Source: Octopus vulgaris
Lineage: Eukaryota
Length of the DNA stretch: 64,000 nt
NCBI GenBank assembly: GCA_951406725.2
Contig: OX597825.1
Span: 1,364,001 to 1,428,000 of the forward strand
Direction: 5' to 3'
The notes under the pieces are model-generated. The model was given only the letters and a program-made list of their open reading frames with translations, ran no database searches and was not told the DNA's origin. The position numbers and the translations under genes were made by a program. This document shows positions 38,981-52,488 of this stretch, piece after piece. Position 1 is the first letter of the stretch, and every line of letters starts with the position of its first letter.

Positions 38981-40203
38981 GGTTTCTGTATCTTCTTTGC
39001 TACTTCTCAGATGCATTCCTAATAATATCAGATTTGTTACAATAAATTGGTATTTTTGGTGCTTCTTAATCTCTCTGTTGGATTTAAAATTGAGAATTCC
39101 GAACATAATTTTACATAGCATTCACTCTCTGCTAGAATACTCTCACTGAACTCTTGTCATCTTTTTCAATAATTTAGTAAGGTTCTCAGTTGTTTTAAGC
39201 AATTTTTAAAGGGACAAAACTAGAAAGAGCATCAATGTCTGCAGAATTCTTCATAATCTTTCACAGAGTATTGATAAACTGAACTGAAACACAGAATACC
39301 AAGAGGCCCAGTAAAATCAACAATTCCATATATATTTCTGATTCATAATGTATGTGCTAATGACATCAGATATGGTTGGTTCTTCTGATTACTGGAATAT
39401 ATAATGACTACAGTGTAAAGGCTATGAAAATATTTGCATTATACATCAGAAGAAGAAAGTTAATAAGTAATACTGCTGACGTCTTCAATTTAAAAAAGTA
39501 AATGAAAAATCAAAGGAAATTATTGATTCTGTCTATCTATCTATGAGAGAGTGTGTGTGTGTGTGTGTGTGTACATGTACTTGCACCTCCTTGTTGTAAC
39601 ATCACACACCAGTTGTAAACAAGCATCACTACCATACAAGTGGTGTCTCACATTTCCAATCTAACATGAAAACATGTGACCCTGGGGGATATTATTTTCT
39701 TTGGAAAGAGGTGTGGTTTGGACAGAAGCCAACCATAGAATATCTGCCTCAGTAAGTTTTAACTAACCCACCCAAGCATGGAAAAGTAGACATGATGATG
39801 ATGATGATGATACAAAAGTATATTCTCGTGTAAACATAGATTTTTACTGAGCTTAAGAATTATTTCAATCAAAAAGATTATTAAACCACAACTGGCTCCC
39901 TAACAAACACCATTTTGTCTCTCAGTTATAAACTCATAGTGTACTAACACATTAGTCACCTTTTCTTTCCTCTAAACTATGTATATCTATGTACGTGGGT
40001 GCATGTGGGTGTATATACATACACACACATACACATATCACTTCTCAGCCTTTTGACTATGATCAAAGTGTGTGCATGTATATATGCAAGTGTATGTATG
40101 TATGTGTGTGTGTGTATAGATGCATTATCAGACATAGGTATACCTGAAAAATATATATATCACCTACTTGATTATGATCAAAGTATGTGCATGTAAATAT
40201 GCA

Positions 40204-40250
<47 letters not shown>

Positions 40251-40994
40251 ACACACACATATACATATATCAGATGTATCTGCACACACACACACACACA
40301 CATATACATCACCTATTTGTCTATGTTAAGGCTGTTTATATATTTGTGTTACGTGTGTGTCTGTGAATAGATGTGCAGTCACCATCATAATTAGCAACCC
40401 AATAACCCACAAGATTGATATATCATAAGGATATTATTATACTGGGATCACTGAAACCTGAGAGTGTTAAACACAAATTTCCTCCATTCAGAGACACACT
40501 GGCGACACAAACACTTTTTATCTCTTATGATAAGACATTTTTCCTCCCTCTAGAAAGAATAAAAGCTGATTCCTTAACGTAATTTAACAAAGTTGTTGTT
40601 GTAGCCAATTACTAACGAGGGTTACATAATCTCTTAAGATTTGACAAAGCAACGAGTTTTATTAGATTTCCTTATATAACTGGTATTTACCATTGTTAAA
40701 GGAACGTACATGACATGACATAGCTAAATATTTTAGAAATCAATGCTCCTGTTGAGTATTGATTTTTGTTTGTAATCTGTAACTCATCCATCTGCAGAAT
40801 TCACAGAAATAAAACTTGAACTACAAGTCCTCCTTACAGTTTCCCTTCTGACATACAGGAAAATTTATGAAATTCAAAATACTGCTTATTTGTCATGCAA
40901 TTTAAATAACGCTCCGTCTGTCTACCTATCTATAATATGGGTGTGTGTATGAATAAATACATGTATGTATATATAGACATAAGCACACACACAT

Positions 40995-41380
40995 GCAGTT
41001 GAGAAGCTTACTTCCCAACCATAAAGTCTCAGGTTCAGTCCCACTGCACAACACCCTGGGCAAGTGTCTTCTATTATAGCCTTGGGATAACCAAAGGCTT
41101 GGGAGTGGATTTGGTTGATGGAAACTGAAAGAAGCCCATCATATATATATACATGCATATGTTTATGTGTGTCCGTGTTTGTCCCTCTCACTCCATCATC
41201 GCTTGTCGACCAATGTTAGTGTGTTTATGTCCCTGAAACTTATCAGTTTGGCAAAAGAGACCAACAGAATAAGTATCAGGCTTACAAAAAATAAATCCTG
41301 GGGTCAATTTCTTTGGCTAAAGGTGGTGCTCCAGTATGACCACAGTCAAATGACTGAAACAAGTAAAAGAATAAAAGAAT
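40995..41380 (+). mobile_element. SINE family A
   Basis: GGTTCAGTCCCACTG, TGGGCAAGTGTCTTCT, and tail GACTGAAACAAGTAAAAGAATAAAAGA. Confidence 0.9.
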
Positions 41381-41397
41381 ATGTGCATGTGTATATA

Positions 41398-41454
<57 letters not shown>

Positions 41455-41458
<4 letters not shown>

Positions 41459-41730
41459 TGAAGGCACACAGCCGAATGGTTGGGCTGCTGCCCCCGTGAT
41501 CACAGAATCCTGGATTTGGTCCCCTGATTATGTAGTTATGAAGTGCAGTGAGTTCTTGAGCGAAACAGTTCAGCTCATGCTGCCCTCCGATCATTGCAAC
41601 ATCTCGTGTGTGGCAAACTGTGCACCTGTACAGGTAATGTCAATTGAACGGAGGGAGTGAGTTAATGTAATGCACAAGTATTTGATCTCTACAAACGAAT
41701 CACTGGTGCAGGGTTGCTCAGTCATCCATG
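41455..41730 (+). mobile_element. Possible further tRNA-derived SINE, distinct family
   Basis: Degenerate tRNA-like head followed by GTTCTTGAGCGAAACAGTT, resembling SINE central-domain starts; single copy in the window. Confidence 0.4.
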
Positions 41731-41955
41731 GCAGGAAGAGAGTCCTTCATATATTTATGTTCAGGTATTGGCACGCACCTTGTCTCAGAATCATTTGATG
41801 GGTGTAAAGGTGCTTTGCCATGATGTTCATTTCCAGTCTTCCATGAGAAACATTTCTGACCAACGGAAAATAATTACCTTGCTAAGAAACAGGAAAACTC
41901 TTTAATGTTCCAATTATTCACTCTTCTGCCAAAAGATAGGATAGAAAGGGAGAGA

Positions 41956-42000
<45 letters not shown>

Positions 42001-42929
42001 TACATACATACATACACACACACATACATACATATATACACTCACACGCACCAAATTCCCTCCTTCACCAAAAAGCTAATCTCAAGAGAATGGCCACTGA
42101 AAAAGGTGATAATACTGACTGTGCCCCAGCATGGTCACAGCCTTTGAGCTGAAATGCATAAAAGAATAAAAGTATATAGACACATACATACATGAACATA
42201 TATATACACATTTATACAGATAGACATATACACGTGCATGTGCATCAGTACACACACACACACGCGACCATCAGATGATCCTTCTGCTCCATTCCTGCAG
42301 CCTACCCAAATATGTCATCTCTCCCCCCCCTCGTCATCGTCATCATACAACCACACTGTGGGTATCCATGTAGCCTTCCCAACTAATATACATCCCCTCC
42401 CCTAAATCCTTACTTATGTTGCCTTTCCCCCTCTCCCACTTCCCCTATCTCTTACTCCTCACACCCTTGCAAACCCACATTCCTCCCACCAACTGCTGCT
42501 CCTGCTACTGGAGGTTCCCCTCCCCCCCTGAATACCTTGGCAGCACTGTTTATCTCCATGAAGAGACATCTAATTCATTCTCGGTTCCTCTCCTAAACCC
42601 CGAGTAGCCATGCAGCCCCTTTACAAGAGGAACTTGTTCCACTTCAGCCTCTTTCCTCATACTTTAATCTCCACCTAACACAAAGAAGCAACATCCTCCC
42701 TCCCTGGCTTCGGTGACTTGCAAGCTTTTATGCTGACCTCAATAGTGTCAGTGACACAAAAAATAAACAAAAAGAGCCCCCAGTACACACTGCAAAGCTG
42801 TTGGTGTTTGGAAGGGCACCCAACCATAAACAATACCAAAGCAGACACTGATGCAATCCTTGATATACAGGATCCTTTTGTTTGTAAAGATATATGTGTG
42901 TGTGTGTATATAGATATATATATATAAAA

Positions 42930-43158
42930 GTGGTGAGCTGGCAGAAACGTTAACACGCCGGCTGAAATGCTTAGCGTTATTTCGTCTGTCGTTACGTTCT
43001 GAGTTCAAATTCTGCCGAGGTTGACTTTGCCTTTCATTCTTTCTGGGTCGATAAATAAAGTACCAGTTTCGCACTGGGGTCGATGTAATTGACTTAATCC
43101 CTTTGTCTGTCCTTGTTTGTCCCCTCTGTGTTTAGCCCATTGTGAGTAGTAAAGAAAT
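42930..43158 (+). mobile_element. SINE family B, best-preserved copy
   Basis: GTGGTGAGCTGGCAGAA...GAGTTCAAATTC (B-box-like)...GACTTTGCCTTTCAT...GGGTCGATAAATAAAGTACCAG (resembles the MetaSINE central domain). Other copies at 28165+, 29160+, 44665-44875+, 46190-46400+, 48785-48990+ and 58410-58740-. Confidence 0.88.
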
Positions 43159-43937
43159 ATATATTTTTATATATATTTCTAAAATTCAATATCTAATACC
43201 AGTGTGCAGATGTATATGAATTATAAAATCTGTGTGTATACTCACAGACACACATATGCTCCCTCTGATTTGAAAATTTTTCTTTGATATTATATTAATA
43301 CATTTTTTTAATCTTGACACAAATTAGATTACATTCTGCATTTATCAAATTTATACACAAAGAAACATTTATGTCATCTTTTAAAAAGTAATGCAAAAAC
43401 AATGTTTTCACATTCTACTTTCAAGCCTACTATTAAGCTCAATAATTTCAAATTTTATTGTATATTAAAGAAAAAGAAAAACTGACCTTTTAAATACATT
43501 GAAAAGGAAAATCAGCAAAATATATTTTAAAATCTAATGTAAATGACAGTTTGAAATAAACTTAAAAGATTAAAATGCAGTTGAGTAATTGACAATTTAT
43601 GAAGTTCTGGATTTATCTCATATGTATTGAATTGTTTAAATGTCAGAGTAACCTGGAAATTTGACAAATTTCTTGAAAATCGTTTTCTTTATTTGGAAAA
43701 TAAATAATTTCCATCTACCTCCATTACAAATTATGTGGGGCTTATAGGAAGCATTAATCTTCAATTATATTAATTAGAGTATCTAAATTTTTTATTTCAA
43801 TTTTTAAAAATGTACATTTGGTTTTGGAAGAAAATTAAATTGTAATATATGTTCATTGTTAAAATCACATACAAAATTTGAACATTGCAAAATTAAAAAC
43901 CTTTCTTATACTAATTTTTTTAACAAATAAAGCACAA

Positions 43938-43991
43938 TGGGCCATGATTGTGGCTGTCAGGTACAGATCGACAGACCAAGATCATGGCCCA
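43938..43991. ncRNA. Candidate pre-miRNA-like hairpin 3
   Basis: TGGGCCATGAT/ATCATGGCCCA (11 bp perfect), GG/CC and CTGTC/GACAG, with an 11-nt loop. Confidence 0.3.
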
Positions 43992-45889
43992 GATGGATGC
44001 ATTTAATTTATGGGTGTTTGTTGGGGTCTAATGTCACTCAAACACTCAGATACCCCACAGAATGCAAGAGGACTAATAGTTCAACCAATGACTTTTCAGA
44101 TGATGTAAAACTTGCCACCATTAAATACTAAGAAGATGTTTTAACTATTTTTTTTCGTTTTTTTATGTGTGCATGGGAGTCTCATTTTCATAGAATGTGC
44201 TCAGCAGTCCCTGCTATGTGAGTTCAAATCCCAGCACTTTATGGGTTAAATATGATCTAACTTTTGTAGAAGAAAATATAGTCAATTAGTTCACACAAGT
44301 ATATCACTGGTACCCATATTAACTCCCTAAGAGATCAAAGTAAAATATGACCAACACAGTCTGAGAAAATGGAGAGAAAGAATACAATGAAATGTTCAGT
44401 AATTGAAATACAGTTTTTACATGACATTACATATTTGCAAATTAATTTAGATTCCAGAATTGTCTCACTTCATCAGAATGAGTTATGAAATCTAATGAAT
44501 TATTCTCCTCACTGGATGTGTAATTTTAATAAATTAACACAATTTTCATCCCTACATTATGTCATCCCCCACCTACATACATATTTGTTTTTCATACAGA
44601 AATATCTGTTTTGCCTCAGAAATTCTATTCACTTGTTATGCTGTCAATATTCATTCATTGAAAGGTGGTCAGTTGGCTAAATTCTTAGCATTTTGGCCAA
44701 AATGTTTAATGGCATTTCTTCCAGCTTTACATTCTGTGCTGAAATTCTATCAAGACTCACTTTCCCTTTCATCCTTTCAGGGTCGAGAAAATAAGCACCA
44801 TTTGAGCCTAGGGTCAATGTAATTGATTAGCCTCCTCCTTCGAAATTTCAGGTTTTTTGTCCATATTAGAAAGGAATATTCATTCATTATGAAACAACTG
44901 GTAAATTCTGGTAAGGGTAAGCATAAGCTGAGGTTGTCTAAAACATGTCCTGAATTGTCCCTGAACTAACAAAGGATCACATCCCTTCTCTACAGCTTGG
45001 TCTGCATTCAATTTTTAATGAATACGAATTTTGAAACTGCCTTTCCTAACTGGAAATAGTAATTTGATCTAAAGAATTTTCTCCTTACTAGTGTAATTTA
45101 AAAAAAACAATTTACACATTTTGTTTGGCTGTCTCCAATTTGTTAACCACCACTTAACTACCTGATAATTGTATTTGCTTAGTCTCTTTTGGAACGATAA
45201 ACAGAAATTAAATGAGGTTAATTGATCCATGTAATGCCATATTTCTTCAGCAATGCCTTCAGGATTATTCCATATTAGTTGCTATTCTGGAGTGATCCAA
45301 ACTTTAGGAATTAACACCAATTTGACTTAATGCTTTCTTGACATTCTAATCTCCAAAACACTCGATTCCATTCTCACGTACTGCTGTTTTCTGGTTAGCT
45401 GATTACTCATTTATCAGCTCCAAAGTAGTGATCACTCTCAAAGAAATTCCACATTGTAAAGTCAAGATCAGCATAGAAGACAATGCCAAAGAGATTGGTA
45501 TACTAGACACAACAAAAAAAAAAAGACTGGTGCACTCGGCCAAGACAAATCATATAGATTGGTGTATTAAGCAAAGTGAAGGCAATCGATGTACTAGGTA
45601 TTACCAAGGCGATTGTGGATAATGCTATAGAGATTACTGAACGACAGCACCTTAGAAGACTGATGTACTCAACACAAAGCCACAAAAATGGTTCACCTAA
45701 ATAATGCCAAAAATAGACAGAACCAAGATTATTATACTTAGACACAAACTGTTTCAATTCCACATCTTACTTGTGAAAATGATTAAACACTGAAAAATCA
45801 ATCTGTTGGAAACTGAAAAAACTAACTGATACTAAACTGACCAGCAGATCTATCTTGCTGACGTTTAAGCTGCATCAACCCAGCACTGC

Positions 45890-45950
45890 TGCAGAATGAA
45901 CTGCAGAATGAGTAGCAGAAAGTGCTGCAGAATGAGCGGCAGAATGAGAT
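45890..45950. repeat. 12-bp minisatellite GCAGAATGAGNN, about 5 copies
   Basis: GCAGAATGAACT GCAGAATGAGTA GCAGAAAGTGCT GCAGAATGAGCG GCAGAATGAGAT. Confidence 0.85.
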
Positions 45951-46855
45951 GATAGCTAAAACATGCACAAAAGCATTAAAAAAATTAATATCTAAAAATA
46001 AAAAGAATGCTTCAAAGCAAAATCGTTTTATAGTAAAGAACTGCTGGGTCAAATAATTAGAAGATTGAATTCTTTTGTGATTATATTTCTAATAATATAC
46101 ACTGCCCCACGATGCAACTAACATTAAAAATAATGAAGCAATTGAAAGAATTTAGTAAAATGATTGAGTATTTTGCATTTATTACTCAGGCAGCAAGCTT
46201 GCAGAATCCTTAGCATGCTTGGCAAAACGCTTAGCAGCATTTCATCTGTCTTTACATTCTGAGTTCAAATTCCACCAAAGTTGACTTTGCCTTTGTCTTT
46301 CCAGGTTTGGTAAAATAAGTACCAGTTGAGCACTGAGGGTCGATATAATTGACTTACTGCACTTCTAAGTTTGCTTGCCTTGTGCCCAAAATTTGAAACT
46401 ATTATCATATTAAGCTGGTGTTCAGAACATTATTTAGAAAAATGTTCATACATAAAATTGAGATATGAGGTTTCAATGTAAATCTGAACCTTTCAAAATG
46501 ATAAGTTCTCTATCACAAAACTGGGAGGCAGTCTCAGGCAGGTCGTTATCACAAGAATTGTCAATTTGATATCATTTTGTTTTTAATTTGACAGCGTCAA
46601 TCTCATATATCCCTGTTTTCATTATCTCACTAATTAGTACATTATTATGTTTATGTCTGATGATGAAATAATAATGAGAATTTTTATTTTGTAATATTTG
46701 GAATAATCTATGAAGGTTAAAACTATAATACTGAAATTCATATCCATGTTAAAATGGATAAAGTCAAAGGGTGATATACTGAATGCCAGACACAAACATT
46801 TCTACTGAATTGAAATATTCTCTGAGAGAAACAAAAAAGTTCTAAATCTAATATA

Positions 46856-47367
46856 CCATAAATCCTCAAGTATAGTCTGCCCTTGAGTATAATACACAGG
46901 GGATTTTTAGGAAGCTGTACCTCTGAAAAACCTAAACCTTGTGTATAATATGCACTCCTTCTCTAACTTGAGTCAAGGAGGTCTATATAACATCCTTGGT
47001 TTGTAAAAATGTATACGGTAACATCCTTTATTATTATTGTATATATAACATGAATGCAAATGTGTAGCTTTTTTGTGCATTTTGTTTGCAGAAAATAAAG
47101 AAATAACAGTAATAGCATTTAATAAATGTTGCTTATTGCAAGTTATGGATGATTCTTTTATGACTTCATTGCTTTCAGGCTTAGCTTAAGGTATTTTTGC
47201 GGCTGACATCACGAAATGCGCTTGAATAAACATTGCCGGACAGCAAATAGAGACTCGGACATTGCTTAGAAAATATTTTTCATATTTAACCTCGTATATC
47301 GTATGCATTAGGGATTTTGACCTTTAAGTTTTGGGAAAAAATGTGGATTATACTTGAGAAGTTACGG
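46856..47367. mobile_element. Tc1/mariner-superfamily (pogo/Tc2-like) MITE
   Basis: TA-CCATAAATCCTCAAGTATAGTC ... GATTATACTTGAGAAGTTACGG-TA: ~22-bp imperfect TIRs with a TA duplication. Confidence 0.8.
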
Positions 47368-48220
47368 TATGTTTGCAGATAAGAGCAAGTGTAGACATGT
47401 TTTGCTTGGGTAATCTACATTAAATTATTGACTCCCTAAACCTGTTGATCATCTGACATAGAGTTATTAATAATTTTTGGTCAGAATTATTTGCTTGATG
47501 AAAAATAAGCCAAGAAAAATGATTTAACTAGCAGCAGGGTATTATGCTGATGTAGTCTAATAGACTGAAACTTTTCCATGGCTGTCCCTTGCCTTCAAAC
47601 AAAGATCTTTCTTTTGTCCTCGAAACCTGGAAAGTAACTTTACAGATTAATTTTGTAATTTTTAAAAAATTATTTCCTCATTCCATTGAGAATTGGTAAA
47701 CAACATCTGTTAAGTTTCCACTTTCCTCTAACTCAGAGGGAAATTTCAATTAATTAAGTTTTCTTTTGTCTGTGTGTGTGTGTACCACATCACCCTTTAA
47801 TAAATTAAATTAATTCAAATTCATGCCATTCATTTGTTTGAGTTATCTCCCTCAGCTCATTTTTAATTATCGAAATGGATGTTATATCTATTCACAACTC
47901 ACATTGTATTGGTACCTAAGAAACTATCAATAAACTGTTAATCCTGTACTAGTGTGTGAATGACTTGTGTCTGTTATACACTTGATAACATTTTCCTAAG
48001 TCGCTTACCATCTGCCATTACTACCATTGGCAGTTTTGGAGAGAGGTGGGCAAATCCAGGTGAAATGGAAAATAAAAACCAATCAATTTGACTCTTTTAT
48101 CTAGATGTCAAAAAGATAGCAGTGGGTTGGATTGTACAGCAAAATTAAATACACACCAATTGCTATATATATATATATGCCCAACCCATGCTAACATGGA
48201 AAACGGACGTTAAATGATGA

Positions 48221-48272
<52 letters not shown>

Positions 48273-48655
48273 ATATGGCCCAACTTATGCCAGCAAGAGA
48301 AACAGATGTTAAATGCTAATGATGATGATGATGAGCTGATGGTAGAAATCCTTAGTCCTTGGTAAAGAAAATTTTTTGTTGTTATATTAATTTCAGCATG
48401 ATTAATTTCATACATATTCCAGTTCTGTCAGTTAAATTAGGAAGAATAGATTCTAAGTATCCTCAGTTTTTGTAATATAGTTAATATTGTTCTTGTTGTT
48501 GTTAAGACCCAAGTCATCCTTAATGAAGCAGACTTCATGTTAATATGCAATTAAGCTGTGGCCATCCAGTCTTTGTGATGACTACATTGCCCAATCTGTC
48601 CTTAAGGAGGTAGGGAGCAATTTGCAAAAAAAAAAAATTGGCTTCCATTTTCTCA

Positions 48656-48670
48656 GCAGAGAGAGAGAGA

Positions 48671-48732
<62 letters not shown>

Positions 48733-48745
48733 AAGAGAGAGAGAA
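48656..48745. repeat. (GA)n microsatellite
   Basis: Direct reading; other (GA)n tracts at 24946-24973 and 26243-26293. Confidence 0.95.
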
Positions 48746-49183
48746 AGATTGGTTTGTATTTTTCAATAATGTCAAGTGTGATGGATTGGCGGAATGGGTA
48801 GAGCAGTGGAAAAATGTTATGTGATATTTATGGACATCCTTTTATGTTCCAAGTTGAAATACTGCCAAAGTCGACTTTACCTTTCATCATACCAGGATCA
48901 ATAAAATAAATATCAGTCAACTACTGGAGTGGATTTATGGATTATACTCTTCCAAAATATTCACAACCATGTTCCAAAGTTAGAAATCAATAATTTTGCT
49001 ATAGTCAAATTATAATCCATATTGTCATATTTTCTAATAATTCTAACAGTTTTTTTTAGATAATTTTTCAGATCATCAACCTCACAGTAAAAGATGAAAT
49101 ATTTCCTGATATAATTCTATATACACTGCTTTGATTAGTTTTTATGCAGTCGTTAGATGTCTTATTTCAAGGTGTATTTAGTA

Positions 49184-49470
49184 CAGGTACAGCTCTAAAT
49201 TTCCAGACCCTGACAGTCCGGAACCTCTTATAATCTGTTTAAGAGCAGGAACTTCAAAGTCCTTTAGCTGCCAGACCAGTTTACTGGACCTTGCACAGTA
49301 CAGTATTAATAAACTTGTATCAGTTATATTAATGCATCTGCATTTCATTTAATTATTTAAACAAATTTAATATTTGTTTAATTTAGAATGTGACCATCCC
49401 TGGTTTGGAAAAATCAGTAATCTGGAATGGTTTAGGAACCAAAGATACCAGAGAACTGATGTTGTACCTG
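49184..49470. mobile_element. Tigger/pogo-like MITE
   Basis: TA-CAGGTACAGC ... GTTGTACCTG-CA termini. Confidence 0.6.
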
Positions 49471-52290
49471 CACCAAAACTGGAGTGAAACTAAGAACATT
49501 TGAGATAAGATATCAATGCTACTGGTCATAGTTTAGTAAAAAAAAAAATCTTCTGGTTTGAATCCAATTTGGTACTGAAGTCATATCTAAGAATATAAAT
49601 ATCTGATGATGATTGGAAATCAAACCAACTGAAGCACAGTGTAGATGTAAATATTACAAAATATTTCATCTCTAAAGACGAGGTTAATAATCCCAAAAAT
49701 TATAGTCATATTAGTAACTGATCTTAGATATTTAGACAATTAATGCTAATAATTGCATGATAATCCTTATCTGTTTCTGCTATTATCTTTCAAAACACTG
49801 TGATCACTTTGTACATCTTTAACATTCCACTTTGCTTGGCATGTTTATTTTATAAAACTAGCCATTAGTACAGACAAATTACTACAACATTTATTTAACA
49901 ACATCTGCTAACTATCATCATGAAATGTCTGATTTCAGTAAAACTAACTCCCATGACCATTCTCACTGGTTTTTCATTGATTTCTTTCAATGATTCACTA
50001 TCACAGTAATTATAGATGGAGAACATTATTTTATGTGATATCACAGCATCATCATCATCATCATCATTTCTGTCTGGAGAGCTTTCATATTTTACTACAA
50101 TAAAGTTTAACGCCCATTATCTACACCAGGCCACTAATATTAGTTTTCATTCTAAATCATTACAATGGAATTGAATACAGATTAGGGTGTAAAAGATATA
50201 TATCCCCAGATGAGCATCACAAAAGTAAAAAAAAAAGTAAATCAGACAAATCATAGCTCTTATCAAAATAGAAAATTCAAAGCAACAAACTATAACAGCA
50301 GCAGCAACAGTAGCAGCAGTGGTAACAGCATGCTGCCAGAGGGAAAAGAAATACTATACACATAGCAACAAGTAATATGGATAGCAAAATAAACTCTTGC
50401 AATAAATCTGTCAACTGAAATTTGTTGTGGATCTTCAAAGACCATTACAAACACAGACAGATAAACACCGCATTTAATGTCTATTTATTGTCACAATGAA
50501 TGTGTTTACACATAAAACCTTCATATATCTATTTCATTTGACAATCAGCTTTTATAAAATCATTTCATATAATTCACTGTTTGCTAAATACAAATTCATA
50601 AATCAACATTCACTTTGTCCGTCACTCATAAGAGACTATGTACCACTTAGGTTAATCTTATATTTAATGCAATAGACATCAAAAAACTCATTAGAAATAA
50701 CGATGCACTTAGGCAAAAGAAAAACAATTTCTCATAAGCCAATATTATTTTGAATCTTTCAGCAAATACAGGGAAACAACTCTAGACATGTTTCAGTTTT
50801 AATTAGATCTCCTCTGAAAAGTATACACTTCCTTATTACACACTGAACTAGTGATGGGAGAAACGCTAAGCATCTCCATATAAGTGAGCATTTTTTATTA
50901 TATCTGTACACGTAACCAAAACACTGTTAGGGCTTCCTCTCATTACCTATCACATCTATCCATACCCCAAGGCCCCTCTTATACCAGGCATGGAGAAGTG
51001 GGCTGCATGATGTGTGGATCATCAGCAGGCAGGCTGCACTATTAAAAATTTGAAGGTAATGTTTAGTTAGGCATGTAGGACTTGTGTTCAGAGCTGGTCT
51101 GTCTACTGTGGTACCACCTAATTTTCCTCAGATGTAAGGCAATGTCAATGGCCATTGGTTGGTCACAATGTTCAACAAAGGAACCTCTATATGGTTATAT
51201 GACCTGCTGGAAATACAAGCCAAATTGCTCCTATATCACACCCCACAGTCTTAAATATGGTAGACAGCATGAATGCCTTTCATCAGAGGTCTGTTCAATC
51301 AGGAGAGAGCTGGGCTAAATGACAAAAAGAAGTTTATGATCAGCTATTGAAGAAAGACCTCTGCACTGTCACTCCACCTGCTGGAAAAAGCAGCCAAATC
51401 TTCTTTACATCAAAGCCTGCTATCTTAAATCAAGAAAGAACACACTAGACAGTGTAGTCAAGCAAAAATATGAGATTTGATGGATGGACGGTAGAACAGA
51501 CAGATAGATGTATAGAGAGAAAGAAGAGAGGCAGATAAATAGATAAAAAGAGTCAAGACTATTGAAAAGGTTGCAAGACGCAACAAACATTTTAGAAAAT
51601 AAAAATAAGGAATAAATGGTAATTTTACAGGTGAGTGTGTTAAATAATAAGGCACTGAAAGAGAATGACTCTCCCCAGACACAACAGAATATGCTTCAAC
51701 ACACGAACTCATATAAAGAATCTTGCAAACCAAATCCAAAAACGAAAAAGATAAAAAGAGATGTACAAATAAGAAGAGACAGATACAAAAAAGTTAGATA
51801 GGGACCTATAAATGGATGGTGACAGACAGACAGATATATCGTTAGAGAGATTTATAAATTGTACATGCTAAAAGAGAACTACCTGGAGGGTGGTGTTTCT
51901 CCTAAGTGAACGTGATTGAATGCTGATGGTGTACACAAATAGAAATGTTCAGAGAATAAATTACTTCTTTTCTAATGAGGTTTGTGATGCTCCCCATATT
52001 AATGACGTGATCATACTGATGGTATCTAAGATTAAATTATTCTCGGCACACATGAAGTACATTTGTAGAACATAAGTACCATTCTTTGAGCATTTACGAG
52101 CAACTTCACTGTGCCTCCTGAATAACCACTGTTAGATGGTCTCATGTAAAATTAAGTTTTAAAAAGGAAGGTTCTTAGTTTCAAATTCTTTCTAAAGAAA
52201 GATAATTTCAAAACATTTCAAGCAGCAATAAATGTTAAATTTTTATTTAACCACTACATCTGCTAAAAATAGCAGCAGAATCTTCTTTAA

Positions 52291-52488
52291 CCCTTAAGCA
52301 TTCAGATTATTCTGTCAAATGTTTAAAATTAATCATGCATTATCTTGTAACTTTGTGATTTCAACGATGCAAATGTTTCTTTTTAGAATGGCATTGTAGG
52401 GTAGGTGTGATAAGCTGGATCTGGTTAGTTTGAACCTAAAACAGGTAGAATATTTTATTTTGATATCGCCAGTCTAAACACTAAAGGG
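52291..52488. mobile_element. piggyBac-like MITE inserted in a family E repeat
   Basis: TTAA-CCCTTAAGCATTCAGA ... TCTAAACACTAAAGGG-TTAA (TTAA duplication); family E sequence continues on both sides. Confidence 0.8.

Noticed and set aside
51620-51640. Plus-strand TTTTACAG|GTGAGT as a recursive site
   Set aside because: The pyrimidine tract is only ~5 nt in purine-rich context; more likely chance or a simple cryptic donor.
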